This document shows positions 23,110-35,014 of a DNA stretch of 64,000 bases, in pieces. Each line of letters begins with the position of its first letter. Position 1 is the stretch's first letter. The notes under the pieces were generated by a model. It worked only from the letters and a program-made list of their open reading frames with translations. It was not told where the DNA came from and did not search any database. The DNA comes from Mobula hypostoma. Taxonomy: Eukaryota. The translations under genes were made by a program, and so were the position numbers. The stretch is taken from positions 175,462,001 through 175,526,000 of the forward strand of contig NC_086097.1 of assembly GCF_963921235.1 (NCBI RefSeq), given 5' to 3'.

Positions 23110-25784
23110 GTAAGCTTTCAGTTTCATGTTTATTAATTATTCTGCACATTAGAGTTAGCTTATGAAAACTGGTTCAAGATTTCACTTCAGTCTGGATATT
23201 CAATATTAAATCAATACAGTGGTATTTCTTAATCACTTTTCCTGACGGCTATATTTGCATGTTTCTCCTGCAATTGGAATTAAATGTTAGTCTTAAGACA
23301 TGGAAAACCTGATGTTCCATGGATTGAGAAATATTTTTGTGATCCATCTGTGCAGTAATTAAAAGCTGGTATGTAGTTTTTCCATAGATCTGTTGTATGT
23401 TGCATGGATAGTTTTGACTAAATCATATTTGAGCTGCTACTATTTCCTCTACTTGCCTACTTTTTTGAAATAATGCTGTGGGTGATTCAGTATTAAATCT
23501 GTTTTGCATCCTATCTATGTTTTTAAGGTAACTTTTAAGATATCTTACCAATTTAATTATGTTGCAAATGAAGCCAGAGTGATTTGACAAAATCAGGATG
23601 CTAATGTAGCCTTGAAGTACCATTTGCCAAGCATTGCCTCCCATGCTTTCGTATACTTGGTTTATATGTATCTCTGCTTGGATAGTTTGAGTACTTCTTT
23701 TGGCCAGCTTATTTCAGAGCTTTGCAGTTAATTTGAGGTTCTGTTCTCTTCCCCATTTAAAATGTTTTCTCCATCCTTTTCTGGTTTCTCTTGTGTTTTC
23801 TTGCTCAAACTTGTCACTTTCTCAGCAGTTCACACAATTCTTCTGTGATAACCTCAACACACCTACAACCTTGCAACTTTTTTTTTATGCATTATTGACT
23901 TTTTTTATATAAAAGAAGCCCAAGAGATATGTTTTGAATCCAGAGCATATCGTGAGTTCTATTCAGAGCCAACATGGGGAGGAAGTAGAAACAACCATGT
24001 AACATATTTTTACTGATGACTACTATAACAAGTGCACTTTGGGCACAGAATGATTCCAGATCCAAGCATGTTTTGAGGTTCAAAACTAATTTCTCTTGTC
24101 ATCCCAAACCTAATTCATAGTGCATGTATCCTACTAAACTGATGCTGCACATTTTGTCAAGTTAAGAATTCGTCTTATATTGTGGAGACAAAAGAAAAAG
24201 CATTGCAAAATAAATGGATTCTTATTTTGTGGTCTTGCAACAGTCCATCACTCCTGATCTTTGGTAGGTTAGGCCAGTGAAGGCATACATAGATTCAGAT
24301 TGTTTGCAACCTTCAGATGGTTGTCACTGTGGCTACCACCTCACGCTTGGAGTCTTTGTCATGCATCGGCCACAATAGAGTGAATGTGTGTTACTTTGCA
24401 ATGAGACAGAAGCCTTTCTCTGAAGGATAAGCACAACAAGGACTGAGGGTTCCCACTTCTACTATGATGTTAGAGTCATAGTTGTACTGACTTTTTGTCC
24501 TTTAATCCAATTTCATTTCATTTTCATTTGTGCTTTTGATTTTTTTAAATCCAAGCTGAACCCTGTAGTTCAGCAAAAAAAGCAGTGTGTGCTTTGTGCT
24601 GGTGGAGTGTTTGCTGCTTTCACCTCAGGCCTTGTCCTATATTGTTGCCAAGCCTCCAATGAATGACTGTAGTGCATCTCTTACTGTCAAGTTCAAGTTT
24701 ATTATCATCTGACTGTAAATATGCAACCAAACAAAACAACATTCCTCTGGGTCACTTTGCACCCACAAAACATATCTCACTCAGCACATAAGCCAAAATA
24801 TTACCAAAATAAGTTAATAAAATATAATTTAAAATGCAAGTAGTGAACAGCACAGCACAGATAAGCAGTACAGAAAACAGCTTACTGTCTTCATGCTGAG
24901 ATCCTGGTGTTGGCAGAGTATTTATTAGTCTCACAGTTTGAGGGAAGAAGCTGTTACCCAGTCTTAGTCCTGATGCATCTGTACCATCTCCTTGACGGTG
25001 GTGGGTCAAGGAAATTGTGGGATCCTTAGCAATACTTTGGGCCCTTACCCCACAATGCTCCAGGTAAATGTCACAAATACAAGGGAGGCAGACCCAGATG
25101 AACCTTGCCTGTTTTTACTGTCCTCTGTAGGTCTGGAGGCCCAGTGCCTTGCAGTTTCTGAACCACATAATGATGCAGCCAGACTGGACACTTCCCTGTG
25201 GGTTGAGAGGGATACTAAATCAGTCATAATGAAGTGCCGGAGCAGACTTGATGGGTCAAATTCTGCTCTTATGTCCTATGCTCTTGTATTTGTAGCAAGA
25301 GAAATTCAGCCTCAAACTGCAGACTATCAGATCATTCCTTGGAAGTTGTATGGCATGTAACAAAATGTATCGGACAACACCATAAAGTACTGGAGGAACT
25401 CAGCAGCTCAGGCAAAATCTATGGAGGAAAATGGACAGTTGGCACTTTGTGCTGAGACCAATTCATCAGGACTGGAAAGAAAGTGGACATAGTCAGTAGA
25501 AGAAGGTGGCGAAAGGGATGGAGCAAGAGTTGGCAGGTGATGATGGATCCAGATAATCTAAGATTTATGTGGACTGTCATTTGCTGTACTTAAATGTTAC
25601 ACGGTCCTTGCTATTCTGAGGGAATTAGAACTACTGTAGGAACATCCCAAACCTCCCTTCCCGCCTCCCCCACTCCTCATTTTATTCACACCCAAGATCG
25701 TCACTGTGGACCACCTAATCTGTCTCTGACCACTTGTGATTTGATTGCATCATGAAGAATTGTTTTCCATCAAGCTATTTAGTA

Positions 25785-26685
25785 TCAGAATCAGGTTTAT
25801 TATCACTGGCATGTGACGTGAAATTTGTTAACTTGGCAGCAGCAGTTCAATGTAATACATAATCTGGCAGAGAGAGGAAAAAAATAAATAAAACAATAAA
25901 TAAGTAAATTAGTTACATATATTGAATAGATTTTTAAAAACATGCAAAAACAGAAATACTGTATATTTTTAAAAAAGGGAGGTAGTATTCATAGGTTTAA
26001 TGTCCATTTAGGAATGAGAGATGGCAGAGGGGAAGAAGCTGTTCCTGAATTGCTGAGTGTGTGCTTTCAGGCTTCTGTACCTCCTACCTGATGGTAACAG
26101 TAAGAAAAGGGCATGCCCTGGGTGCTGGAGGTCCTTAATAATAGACTCTGCCTTTCGGAGACACCGCTCTCTAAAGATGTCCTGGGTACTTTGTAGGTTA
26201 GTGCCCAAGATGGAGCTGACTAGATTTTCAACCTTCTGCAGCTTCTTTTGGTCCTGTGCAGTAGCCCCTCCATACCAGGCAGTGATGCAGCTTGTCAGAA
26301 TGCTCTCCACAGTACAACTAAAGAAGTTTTTGTGTATTTGCTGACATGCCAAATTTCTTCAAACTGCTAATGAAGTATAGCTGCTGTCTTGCCTTCTTTA
26401 TTACTACATGAATACCTTGGGACCAGGTTAGATCCTCGGAGATCTTGACACCCAGGAACTTGAACAGCTCTCTCTCTCCACTTCTGATCCCTCTGAGGAT
26501 TAGTATGTGTTCCTTCATCTTGCCCTTCCTGAAGTCCACAATTAGTTCTTTCATCTTACTGATGTTGAGTGCCAGTTTGTTGCTGCAGCACCATTCCACT
26601 AGTTGGCATATCTCACTCCTGTATGCCCTCTCGTCACCACCTGAGATTCTACCAACAATGGTTGTATCGTCAGCAAATTTCACTT
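25785..26685 (-). mobile_element. Rex1/Babar LINE 3' part
   Basis: KFADDTTIVGRISGGDERAYRSE...ESILTSCITAWYG...LPSGRRYRSLKAHTQQFRNSFFPSAI; TGATTC-type tail. Confidence 0.88.
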
Positions 26686-27760
26686 CATTCACTTTGTTCC
26701 TTCTGGCTATCAGATTTTCATCAGTGATTTGTCATTTATTGTCTCAAAAATGAAAATGATTGACTTGACTTTTGTGATCTATTCTTCACTACTTGACTGA
26801 GTTTAAGATTGCTGAATCCTTTAAATCTCTCACTTTGCACAGGACAATACGTTGAAAATTTTTCTTTTTTTTTGTCTTAGCAAAGTGACCTTGGGGAATT
26901 ACAACCTGGTTCGATGCAAGTTTTCTTACTCAGTATCTTGCCATATTGGACCAAGACTATATTTGTTTTAAAAAGATTAAATTAAGAGTCATAAGTTTGT
27001 GGTAGTTTATTTTCCTTTGTCAGTTACATAACATTTTTATTTGGTTTATTTTTGGATTAAGCTTGGGTATTCTTTCTCTGTTTAGAAAGTGGATCACTGG
27101 AAAATATTGAACTGCAAAGCAATTTTTAGCATGACTTTAAACATATGTGAGCTCTTAATGCTTATACAATCACTGATACTTATTGAGTTGAATTATGGAG
27201 TGATTTTAAAAAATGTGCTATTAGAAAGTCTTGTGTACTTGCACAACTTGTAGGGTTTGAAATGTTTTTCATAAATGAGTTACTTGTTTGTACATGCAAA
27301 TGCATATTCCGTTCCATGGTTTCATTGTTAGATGGAAGAACATTCAATTTTTACTAACATATGTCACATCCTTGGCACAGTCTTTTATTTCTCTAATGGT
27401 GCAAGTCTGATTCTTCACCCATGGTCGGTTAAGTATGTGTTCTACCCAAAAGACCTGAGCATGTCAGGGTTGGGAATTTTAAAAAATATCCTGAGACTTG
27501 TATTGGCTATGGTTGAAATGGGTTTGATTTTAGACAGTTTATTTAGAACAGGAATAATTGTATGACCTGCTGTGAGATAATACACGTCTGGAATATTACT
27601 CACTCAAGTAAATGGCATCTTTTGAATATTGCGGTATTTCCTGGTCTAATTACAGAATCGGCTCAGTGAAACAACTTTCACTTTAAAACTGATGGCAGTA
27701 GAAAGAGCAAAAAGTATTCATCTTTTTGTGAACAATTAAGTAAAATGAATAAAAGTAGTA

Positions 27761-28571
27761 CAGGTCCACAATCCCTTATCCAAAATCCTTGGGGCCAGTT
27801 CCATTTTGAAATTCAGAATTTTTCAGGTTTCAGACTACGCCCCCCCCCCATACCAAAAAACACGTATGCTCAAGTCCCTTATTTAACCTGACTCAGTGTG
27901 GTGGTCTTTAGGACCCGGTGGCACACCAAACCTACGCACATTCTCCTGTATACTTTAAATCATCTCTTGGTTACTTATAATACCTAATACAATGTAAATG
28001 CTATGTAAATAGTTATACTGTATTGTTTAGGGAATAATGACAAGAAAAATTATTTCCAACAAAAACATTCAATAAAACATAAAAATGTACAGCTTCAAAC
28101 GAACCGAATCAAACACATTGTAAATGACTTATTGGAATAAATGCAGAACGTCACTGTCACCATAAAACTTCAGTACCTTGTCTTTCTGTTTATTTAAATC
28201 ATATACAGTGGTAGTTCCGACACTATTTTCTTCAGTAAGACGCCGCACTGACACACCACGATCAAGTTTCTGCAGTAACTCCACTTTCTGTGTTATTGAT
28301 AATGAAACAGATGCTTCCTTCTCTTTTTCTCATTGTTACCCATAGGGGTATCTGCAGCTCTTTTTGACATTTTCACAGTGAAATTAAACACAAAATATCA
28401 GTGAGCAGCAAATGCACATGTAACCAATACGAGCGTTGAGCCACAACTGACATCTGGTGGTCTCTGCTAGTGCTGCCACGTCACACGAGTGACGTCAGCA
28501 GTTGGCGAAAAAAACTTCAGTTTTCGGAGCTTTTTGGATTTCAGAATTTCGGATAAAGGAATGTGCACCTG
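27761..28571 (-). mobile_element. Tigger/pogo-like deleted DNA transposon
   Basis: TIRs CAGGTCCACAATCCCTTATCC / GGATAAAGGAATGTGCACCTG with TA on both flanks. Minus strand encodes a CENP-B-type N-terminus (MSKRAADTPMGNNEKKRRKH...QKVELLQKLDRGVSVRRLTEE). Confidence 0.85.
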
Positions 28572-29166
28572 TACTTTCCCTTTCAAAGGCTTTGAAGTTG
28601 ATATTTGGCAAATTTCTAATAGCAAATCTACATTTGTCCACACTTCCTTTTTCCCTATTTTGGTTTGAAATAGTAACAGTATAATTTTCATTCTGAGGAG
28701 CAAAGTTATGCCATCTAGATGGTAAGTGAAGTCTTGAGGTCTTTCACAACAAATTTTGGGTGATGGCCAGAGTTGATATCAGGCTCTGAAAATTGCAAAC
28801 AGTAGATACGATCATGTAGTTTTTCAGTAGCACTTATTAATAGCTTCATGGAATTATCAACAAGTGGAGAATTCTATTTAAGAAAAAAAGTAAGCTGTAT
28901 ATTGAAATGCAAACTTTGAAGTACTGGTGTCTTGGTGATTATAATTACTTGCAATTTTTCAGTGGGAACACAGGTGATTTTTCATTGTTTTATGTTTCCT
29001 CTGCTCATTAGTGGTGAAGTTGAAACTCATCCCAATAATGGGAATCTTGCTTAATGCAATATGGGAGTAAATTGGAAGAATAACTGTAATCTGAAATAAT
29101 CTGTGATCCAAAATAAACTGAAAATGTTTATCAGGTCAAGAAATATCTAGAGAAAGCATCAGTTAA

Positions 29167-29430
29167 CCACGGTAGCATAGCGGTTAGTTTGATGCTATTG
29201 CAGCTCAGGGCATCGGAGTTCAATCCTGGTCTTTTCTATAAGGAGTTTGTACATCCTCCCTGCGTGCGTTTCCTCCAAGTGCTCTGGTTTCCTCCCACAG
29301 TACAAAGACTTGCTGATTAGTAGGTTAATTGGTCATTGTAAATTGTCCTGTGATTAGACTAGGGTTTAATCTGGGTTGCTGCAGCACAGCTAGTAGGGCC
29401 GGAAGGGTCATTTCTGCACTATATTTGTAA
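29167..29430 (+). mobile_element. tRNA-derived V-SINE (HE1-like)
   Basis: A/B-box-like head (TAGCATAGCGG, GGAGTTCAATCC) and V-domain TTTCCTCCAAGTGCTCTGGTTTCCTCCCACAG...TTAATTGGTCATTGTAAATTGTCC. Confidence 0.75.
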
Positions 29431-30488
29431 ATCTTTAAAAACTGGCTTTAGTGGAGGACATTAGTGCTTTTGGAGTTTGTATTGTGCTACCTGTGTGTGG
29501 TCTATGTCCAACCCTCTTATTTGTAATGTTCATTTTGAGTGTTTGGCCTGTCTGTGAATTATTTTTTCCCAACTCTAATGGCAGTTAATATTTTAAACCA
29601 ATGACCTCCATTTTCTCCTTAGATGCTGCTCAACTGGCTGATAGTTTATAGCATTTTGTTTCCCTTTTATAGTAGCATCTTTCTGTGAAATGAGGAATGG
29701 TGATGCTATTGACTTTTCAGCAGAACAGAGTATTTGTTGAAACTTTGCCAGAGGGGATAATTATTCTCAGTTGATTTTGTATCCTGTGTATTTTGAGCTA
29801 GCCCAATAGTGAGCCATTTAAAACATTTAGACTTGTTGTAATTGTTAGCCAAGCTGTGTGGTTGCTTCAGTCAATTCTTTGTAATGCCTTACTGACCATG
29901 TGAAGCTGAAAAATAATTTCACAAGATGGTGGGGTTTTGAAAGTATTCTGCCTCGTGGTAAAAAGTGGAACGCTTATGTCTCAGGTGATTTGCCAAAGCC
30001 AACAAAACTTTTGTGGTTGTATACGGCAAAGTACATTGATGTTTCCATTAGAAAATACTGGTCTGTGTGGAAACAAACTTGGTTAATTTTATGATTCAGT
30101 GACTCTAAATTATGCTTGCAGTTAGTTTCAGCAGAATAGTAATCAAATCTATCTGTTCTATGCAAGGACACCAATTAGAAGATGATGTAAGCAACACAAA
30201 ATGCTAGAGGGACTCAGCAGGCCAGCCAGCATCTATGGAAAAGAGTGAACAGTTGACATTTCAGGCTGAGACCCATCATATATGTTTCTTAGATTTCAGC
30301 ATCAGCCGATTATCTCTTGTTTGAGAAGATGTATATTTGTTTCTGTTCTCATGTGGTCATTTGGACAGAAAAAATAATTTTCCAGACAGAAGAATTACAT
30401 ATGTATTACAAATATAATTCAGATTTGTATTGAATTTGTATCTTAAATAATTTGTATCTAAATTATTTAAATATTTGAATTCTGACTG

Positions 30489-31418
30489 TGTCATAGGGTG
30501 GTGGCTAGGAATGGACCCAAGTGCAAGACACAGGCACTGAAGTACTAGGGACAGGACTAGGATACAGGGTGAGGGCTAGGACATGGACACGAATACCGGG
30601 AACCCGGAACAGGACAGGACAAGAGAGCTAGGAGCCAGGGCTTGGACTCTGAGCCAGAGACTGGACAAGGACCCAGAACCTGGGTCTTGCCTCTGACTCG
30701 GACCCCAGAACTAGGCAAGGACGTGACTTGGCAGGCAGGACGAGGCTGGGGTCTTCAGGCTTGAGACTTGAGGTGAGGCTTGGCTAGAGACTTGAGGCTT
30801 GGGGTCTTGAAGCTTGGCTTGGGGCGCGGCTCGAGGCTTGGGGTCTTGAAGCTCCTCCTGGGCAGGGCGCGGATCTCCACCCGACGGAGGCAAGGGACAG
30901 GAAAGGGCAAAACCAACCGTAGGGTAACGGCAAGATGGCCTGGCTTACCTGACGGAGGCAAGGGACAGGAAAGGGCAAAACCAACCGTAGGGTAACGGCA
31001 AGATGGCCTGGCTTACCTGACGGAGGCAAGGGACAGGAAGGGACAGAACCAACGCAGGGTAATGGCAAGATGGCTTGACTTACCCGGTGGAGGCAAGGGA
31101 CAGGAAGGGAGCTAGGTACAGGGTGGCTCCAAGACAAGACTTCAGGCGAGACGAGGCGCGAGTTACCGGCAAGACGTGGCAAGGCTTCAGGTGCGGAAAT
31201 AGAAGGCAGGGGAAGGGATACAAGGAGTAAGGACAAGATCAATCCAGCAGCCACGCCCTGGTCTCTGGAGGTATTTATGTACCCAGCCCCAATGAGAATC
31301 AGCTGCCTCAATTAGTGCTCAACAGGAACAGAAACAGGGTGGACAGGAAAACCTGGAGCAAGGGTTGATGGACCGGACTGTGAACCGGAATGCGGACTTC
31401 ATGGACCAGACCATGGCA
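30489..31418 (-). mobile_element. Solo LTR (probably Gypsy-type) with internal 68-bp tandem repeats
   Basis: TG...CA termini (TGTCAT...ATGGCA); perfect 5-bp TSD GACTG at 30484-30488 and 31419-31423. About 3.5 copies of a 68-bp unit from 30883. TATA-like CATAAATA on the minus strand near 31272-31279. Confidence 0.8.
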
Positions 31419-32244
31419 GACTGAACTAAAAATAGTTTTGTTACATGTAAAACCCAAAGTGTTGCATCTGTTTATGGCTAGTCATGCCTCAGCTGGCTCT
31501 TTAGTAGTGCTGCTCTATTAATCCCACCACTTTGCAATTTCCTCAAAGATTCTCATAAATGTTTTTCTCTTGCGTGTTTATCCAGTTATAACTTATTGTA
31601 TTTCTGCTGCCTCATTGCTTTCCAGTTCATAGATTTAAGAAAAAATTAATCCTTGTTTCATCTGTTTTGCCAATCCCTTAATAGCACAATGATAGTGGGA
31701 AATGGAATGTTTTTGCTCTGTCTAGTTTTGCACATCCTTTCTCTTCACTGTCTTGTGTAACTTACAATTTATGTGTAGCCTAAATCTATTTTCCCATGAT
31801 GCTGCTTCAAAAAAATTTTCCTTTATACCTGTATTTTGCCATACTTTTGCATATGATGATAGATTTCACTTGTCTATAATGAGGGCAAAGGAGAAGCTTG
31901 GCACTTTGGTTGGAAAGATAAAAAAGCTTAATATTCAAATAGAGAGAGATTAGAGTATTGCTTTATGGATGAATCTGGTCACTCTCTTAAGCACAAATGC
32001 AGCATGTAGAAAAACAGAAAGTAAATAAAGCAATAATTAAGAAGCTACCTGGAGTTATGGATGTAGACTTTCCATCATTAAGTACTGAAAAAAATATTTT
32101 AAAAACTGATGCTGGAAGTGTCAAATAGTTAATGGAAGCACAGAAGGTCAGCAGCATCTGTGAGTGAAACAGTTAACACTTCAGGTCTAAGAACAGAACT
32201 GGAAAGAAAACAATTTCGTGTTTAGTAGCAGAGTGAAGCCTATT

Positions 32245-32600
32245 TAATATTTAAAGGCCTAAGTGGATGTGAAGAGAAAGTTTCCAATAGTGGGAGAGTC
32301 TAGCACCAGAGGGAACGGCTTTAGAATAGAAAGATGCCCCTTTAGAACAAATGAGGAATTTCTTTTGAGAGAGGCTGGTAAATCTGTGGAATTCATTTAC
32401 ACAGGCCGCTATGGTGACCAAGTCATTGGGTATATTTAAAGCGGAAGTTGATATATTCTTGATTAGTAAGGGCATCAGAGGTTCCAGGGACAAGGCAGGA
32501 GAATGGAGATAGGGAAAATAAATCAGCCAGAATCGAATGGCAGAGCAGACTCAATGGACCAATGGCATAATTCTGCTGCTCTGTCTTACAATCTTGCAGT
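32245..32600 (+). mobile_element. CR1 3' end fragment
   Basis: KGLSGCEEKVS..GESSTRG..RIE; typical elasmobranch-type CR1 3' UTR (AATGGCAGAGCAGACTCAATGG). Confidence 0.7.
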
Positions 32601-33695
32601 CTCATGGGAAGGGTGAATTTAAAAAAAGGAATATCTCTAAGTGAAACCAAATGTGTCGATGTGACAGTATGTGTTGCTCTTAGCAAGGCTCTAGGATGTG
32701 CCCAGTGGGCGGAATAATATTAATGGAGAGAAAAACTGAATGAAAATTACAGTAATATGACTGGCAAAAGTGGCCAGTGTAAAGCCGATTGAAAGAGCAA
32801 GTTACCTCCAGATAGAGAATTCGGTATTAAACTTGGAAGGCTGTATTGTGCCCATGTTGTTCCTCATGTTTGTATTTGGCCTTGTTCTATTAGTGTGGGA
32901 GGTTCTTGATTGCAGAGTTGTAGACATTGTTCAACACATCGTGGAAACCATCCACCCCTTTATGGACTCTGTCTTTGTTTCTCACTGCGTCAGTAAACCA
33001 GTCAATATAATCAATTTGGCATTCTCTTTTCTCACTCCTTCCATAAGACAAAAGATATCAAAGCTTGAGAGCACGTACCACCAGGCTCAAGACAGCTTCT
33101 ATCATGCTGTTAAAACTATTAACTGTTTCCTAATATAAGATAGACTTTTGACCTCACAAGCTGTCATCATGGCCTTGCACCTTATTGTTTGCCTGCAATG
33201 CACTTTCTGTAACACCTCAATGCACATGTGATGAAATCTGTATGGATGGCAAATCAAAGTTTTTCACTGTCCTTCAGTACATATGGCAATAATAAACTAA
33301 TTTACCAATTTAGGTTGGAGTGGAATGAATTAAAATAGTATGAAACAAAGGAGCTCAAGGCTGCACTGTGGATTAAGTGATGGTGCTATGCTGTGATGTA
33401 GAGGAGAGCAAAAATTGTGCTTATCAGCTGCATCAGCTTAGATTAACCGAAGTGCAAGTGTGTCACCAGGTTCCTGGATAATGAGAAGGGAGAATGAAAG
33501 GATAGGTGTTGAATCACCTGCATTTTCAAGGTATTGATGGTAGAATATTTTACTTGAAGCCAAACTTCGCAGGCACTTCATAGCCACATTGTTATGCACA
33601 GTTTCATGTTAAAACTCATGAGCAAATTACCAAGATTTCGATCAGTTTTAAGTGTCAGAGGATGAAGGGATGGCAAAATTTAGAATGGGAATACG

Positions 33696-33935
33696 CCACA
33701 GTAGTGCAGTGTTTAGTGCAATGCTATTACAGCTTGTGACATTCCTGAGTTTGGAGTTCAGTTCCGGTGCTGTTCTACAAGGTGACTCTAAGTCCTCCCT
33801 GTGTAGGCCAATTGGTCATTGTAAATTGTTCTGTGATTTGGTTAGGGTTAACCGGGTTTATCAGATTTTGCTGTGGCAGTATGGTTCAAAGGGCCGGATG
33901 GAACTACTCCATGCTGTATTGCTAAATAAAAATAA
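33696..33935 (+). mobile_element. V-SINE, internally deleted
   Basis: Same head and 3' half as 29167-29430; A-rich tail. Confidence 0.65.
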
Positions 33936-35014
33936 ACAAACCTTGGCAGCTGAAAGTATGGTTGTTAGTGGTGGATCAATTAAATTATGCCAATGAGGAC
34001 AGGATTAAAAACATATTTGCAGAAATCCTTTTTCTCTGTAAGGTATTTTGGATTTGAAATTGAAGCTGGAGAGAATTACTATCTTTTACTTTTGGGAGTT
34101 TAAATCAAATAGAAATGGATTGTTCAACAAACTCTGGAGGCACAGGCTTACTGGGAATCTGTTCAAGAGCGGCTCAGCTGGATTCTGCATTGGTGCAGAG
34201 AGTGGGAATTACACATTTAACAGAGCTGAAGGAGATGTGAGTTTCAAATTTATATGTTGGGTGCAGGAAATTCAGAAGTAATTACAATAGAGAATCCATG
34301 GTATTCAGTTATATTCTCAGCTCTTTGGCTTCAGCAGTGCCATTTAGCTTCCAGTAGATGCTGGGTGAAGTCTAAGCTATTTATTCTTTCCTGAATCAAC
34401 GAATAGTGAAGGAGATAATAGACTTTGAGCACATTAATAGAATGGTAGTTACAGAATGCATCAAATTTGCGTCAGCTAATTAGTGCATTTTGTAACAATG
34501 ATGGGGCATTATAGATTTTAAATGTGGTTTAGGAGCAAATACTTGGAAGAATGTGTGTACAATTTTAAAAAAATTATAAGACAGGCATAGGATTTTGTCT
34601 CGGATTATGAGAGGACTGTAGTGTAAAAACAAGCAAGCTTTTGCTAAAGATGAAGTTCGTTATTTAATGAGACCCATCTGAACAATGATAGTCAGTTTTA
34701 GCCATTACACATTAGGAAGGATGTTCTCTACTGATAAAGCCTTACTTGGATGTTTTCAATATTTGTATTTTGAAGAAGCCAAAGCCACAAGCCAAATCTG
34801 TTTGGCAATTCACATTGTCCAGTTTATTTCCTCCTACAGATGCTTTTCATCCTATGAATTCATTCAAGACTTCATGAATTCAGATCAAGGATCTCTGTTC
34901 AAAACTGTTTATTTCCCTCCATAGATGCTGCCTGACCTACTGAGTTCCTATAGCATTGTTTTTGTTTTGATGCTCAAGATTTCCAGCATCTGGAGTCCTT
35001 TGTGCCCCCTAGAG

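Noticed and set aside
29167..29230. tRNA gene
   Set aside because: The A/B-box-like head is part of a V-SINE and does not form a complete cloverleaf.
30711..31311. Repetitive Pro/Ser-rich ORFs
   Set aside because: They are translations of the tandem repeats inside the solo LTR.
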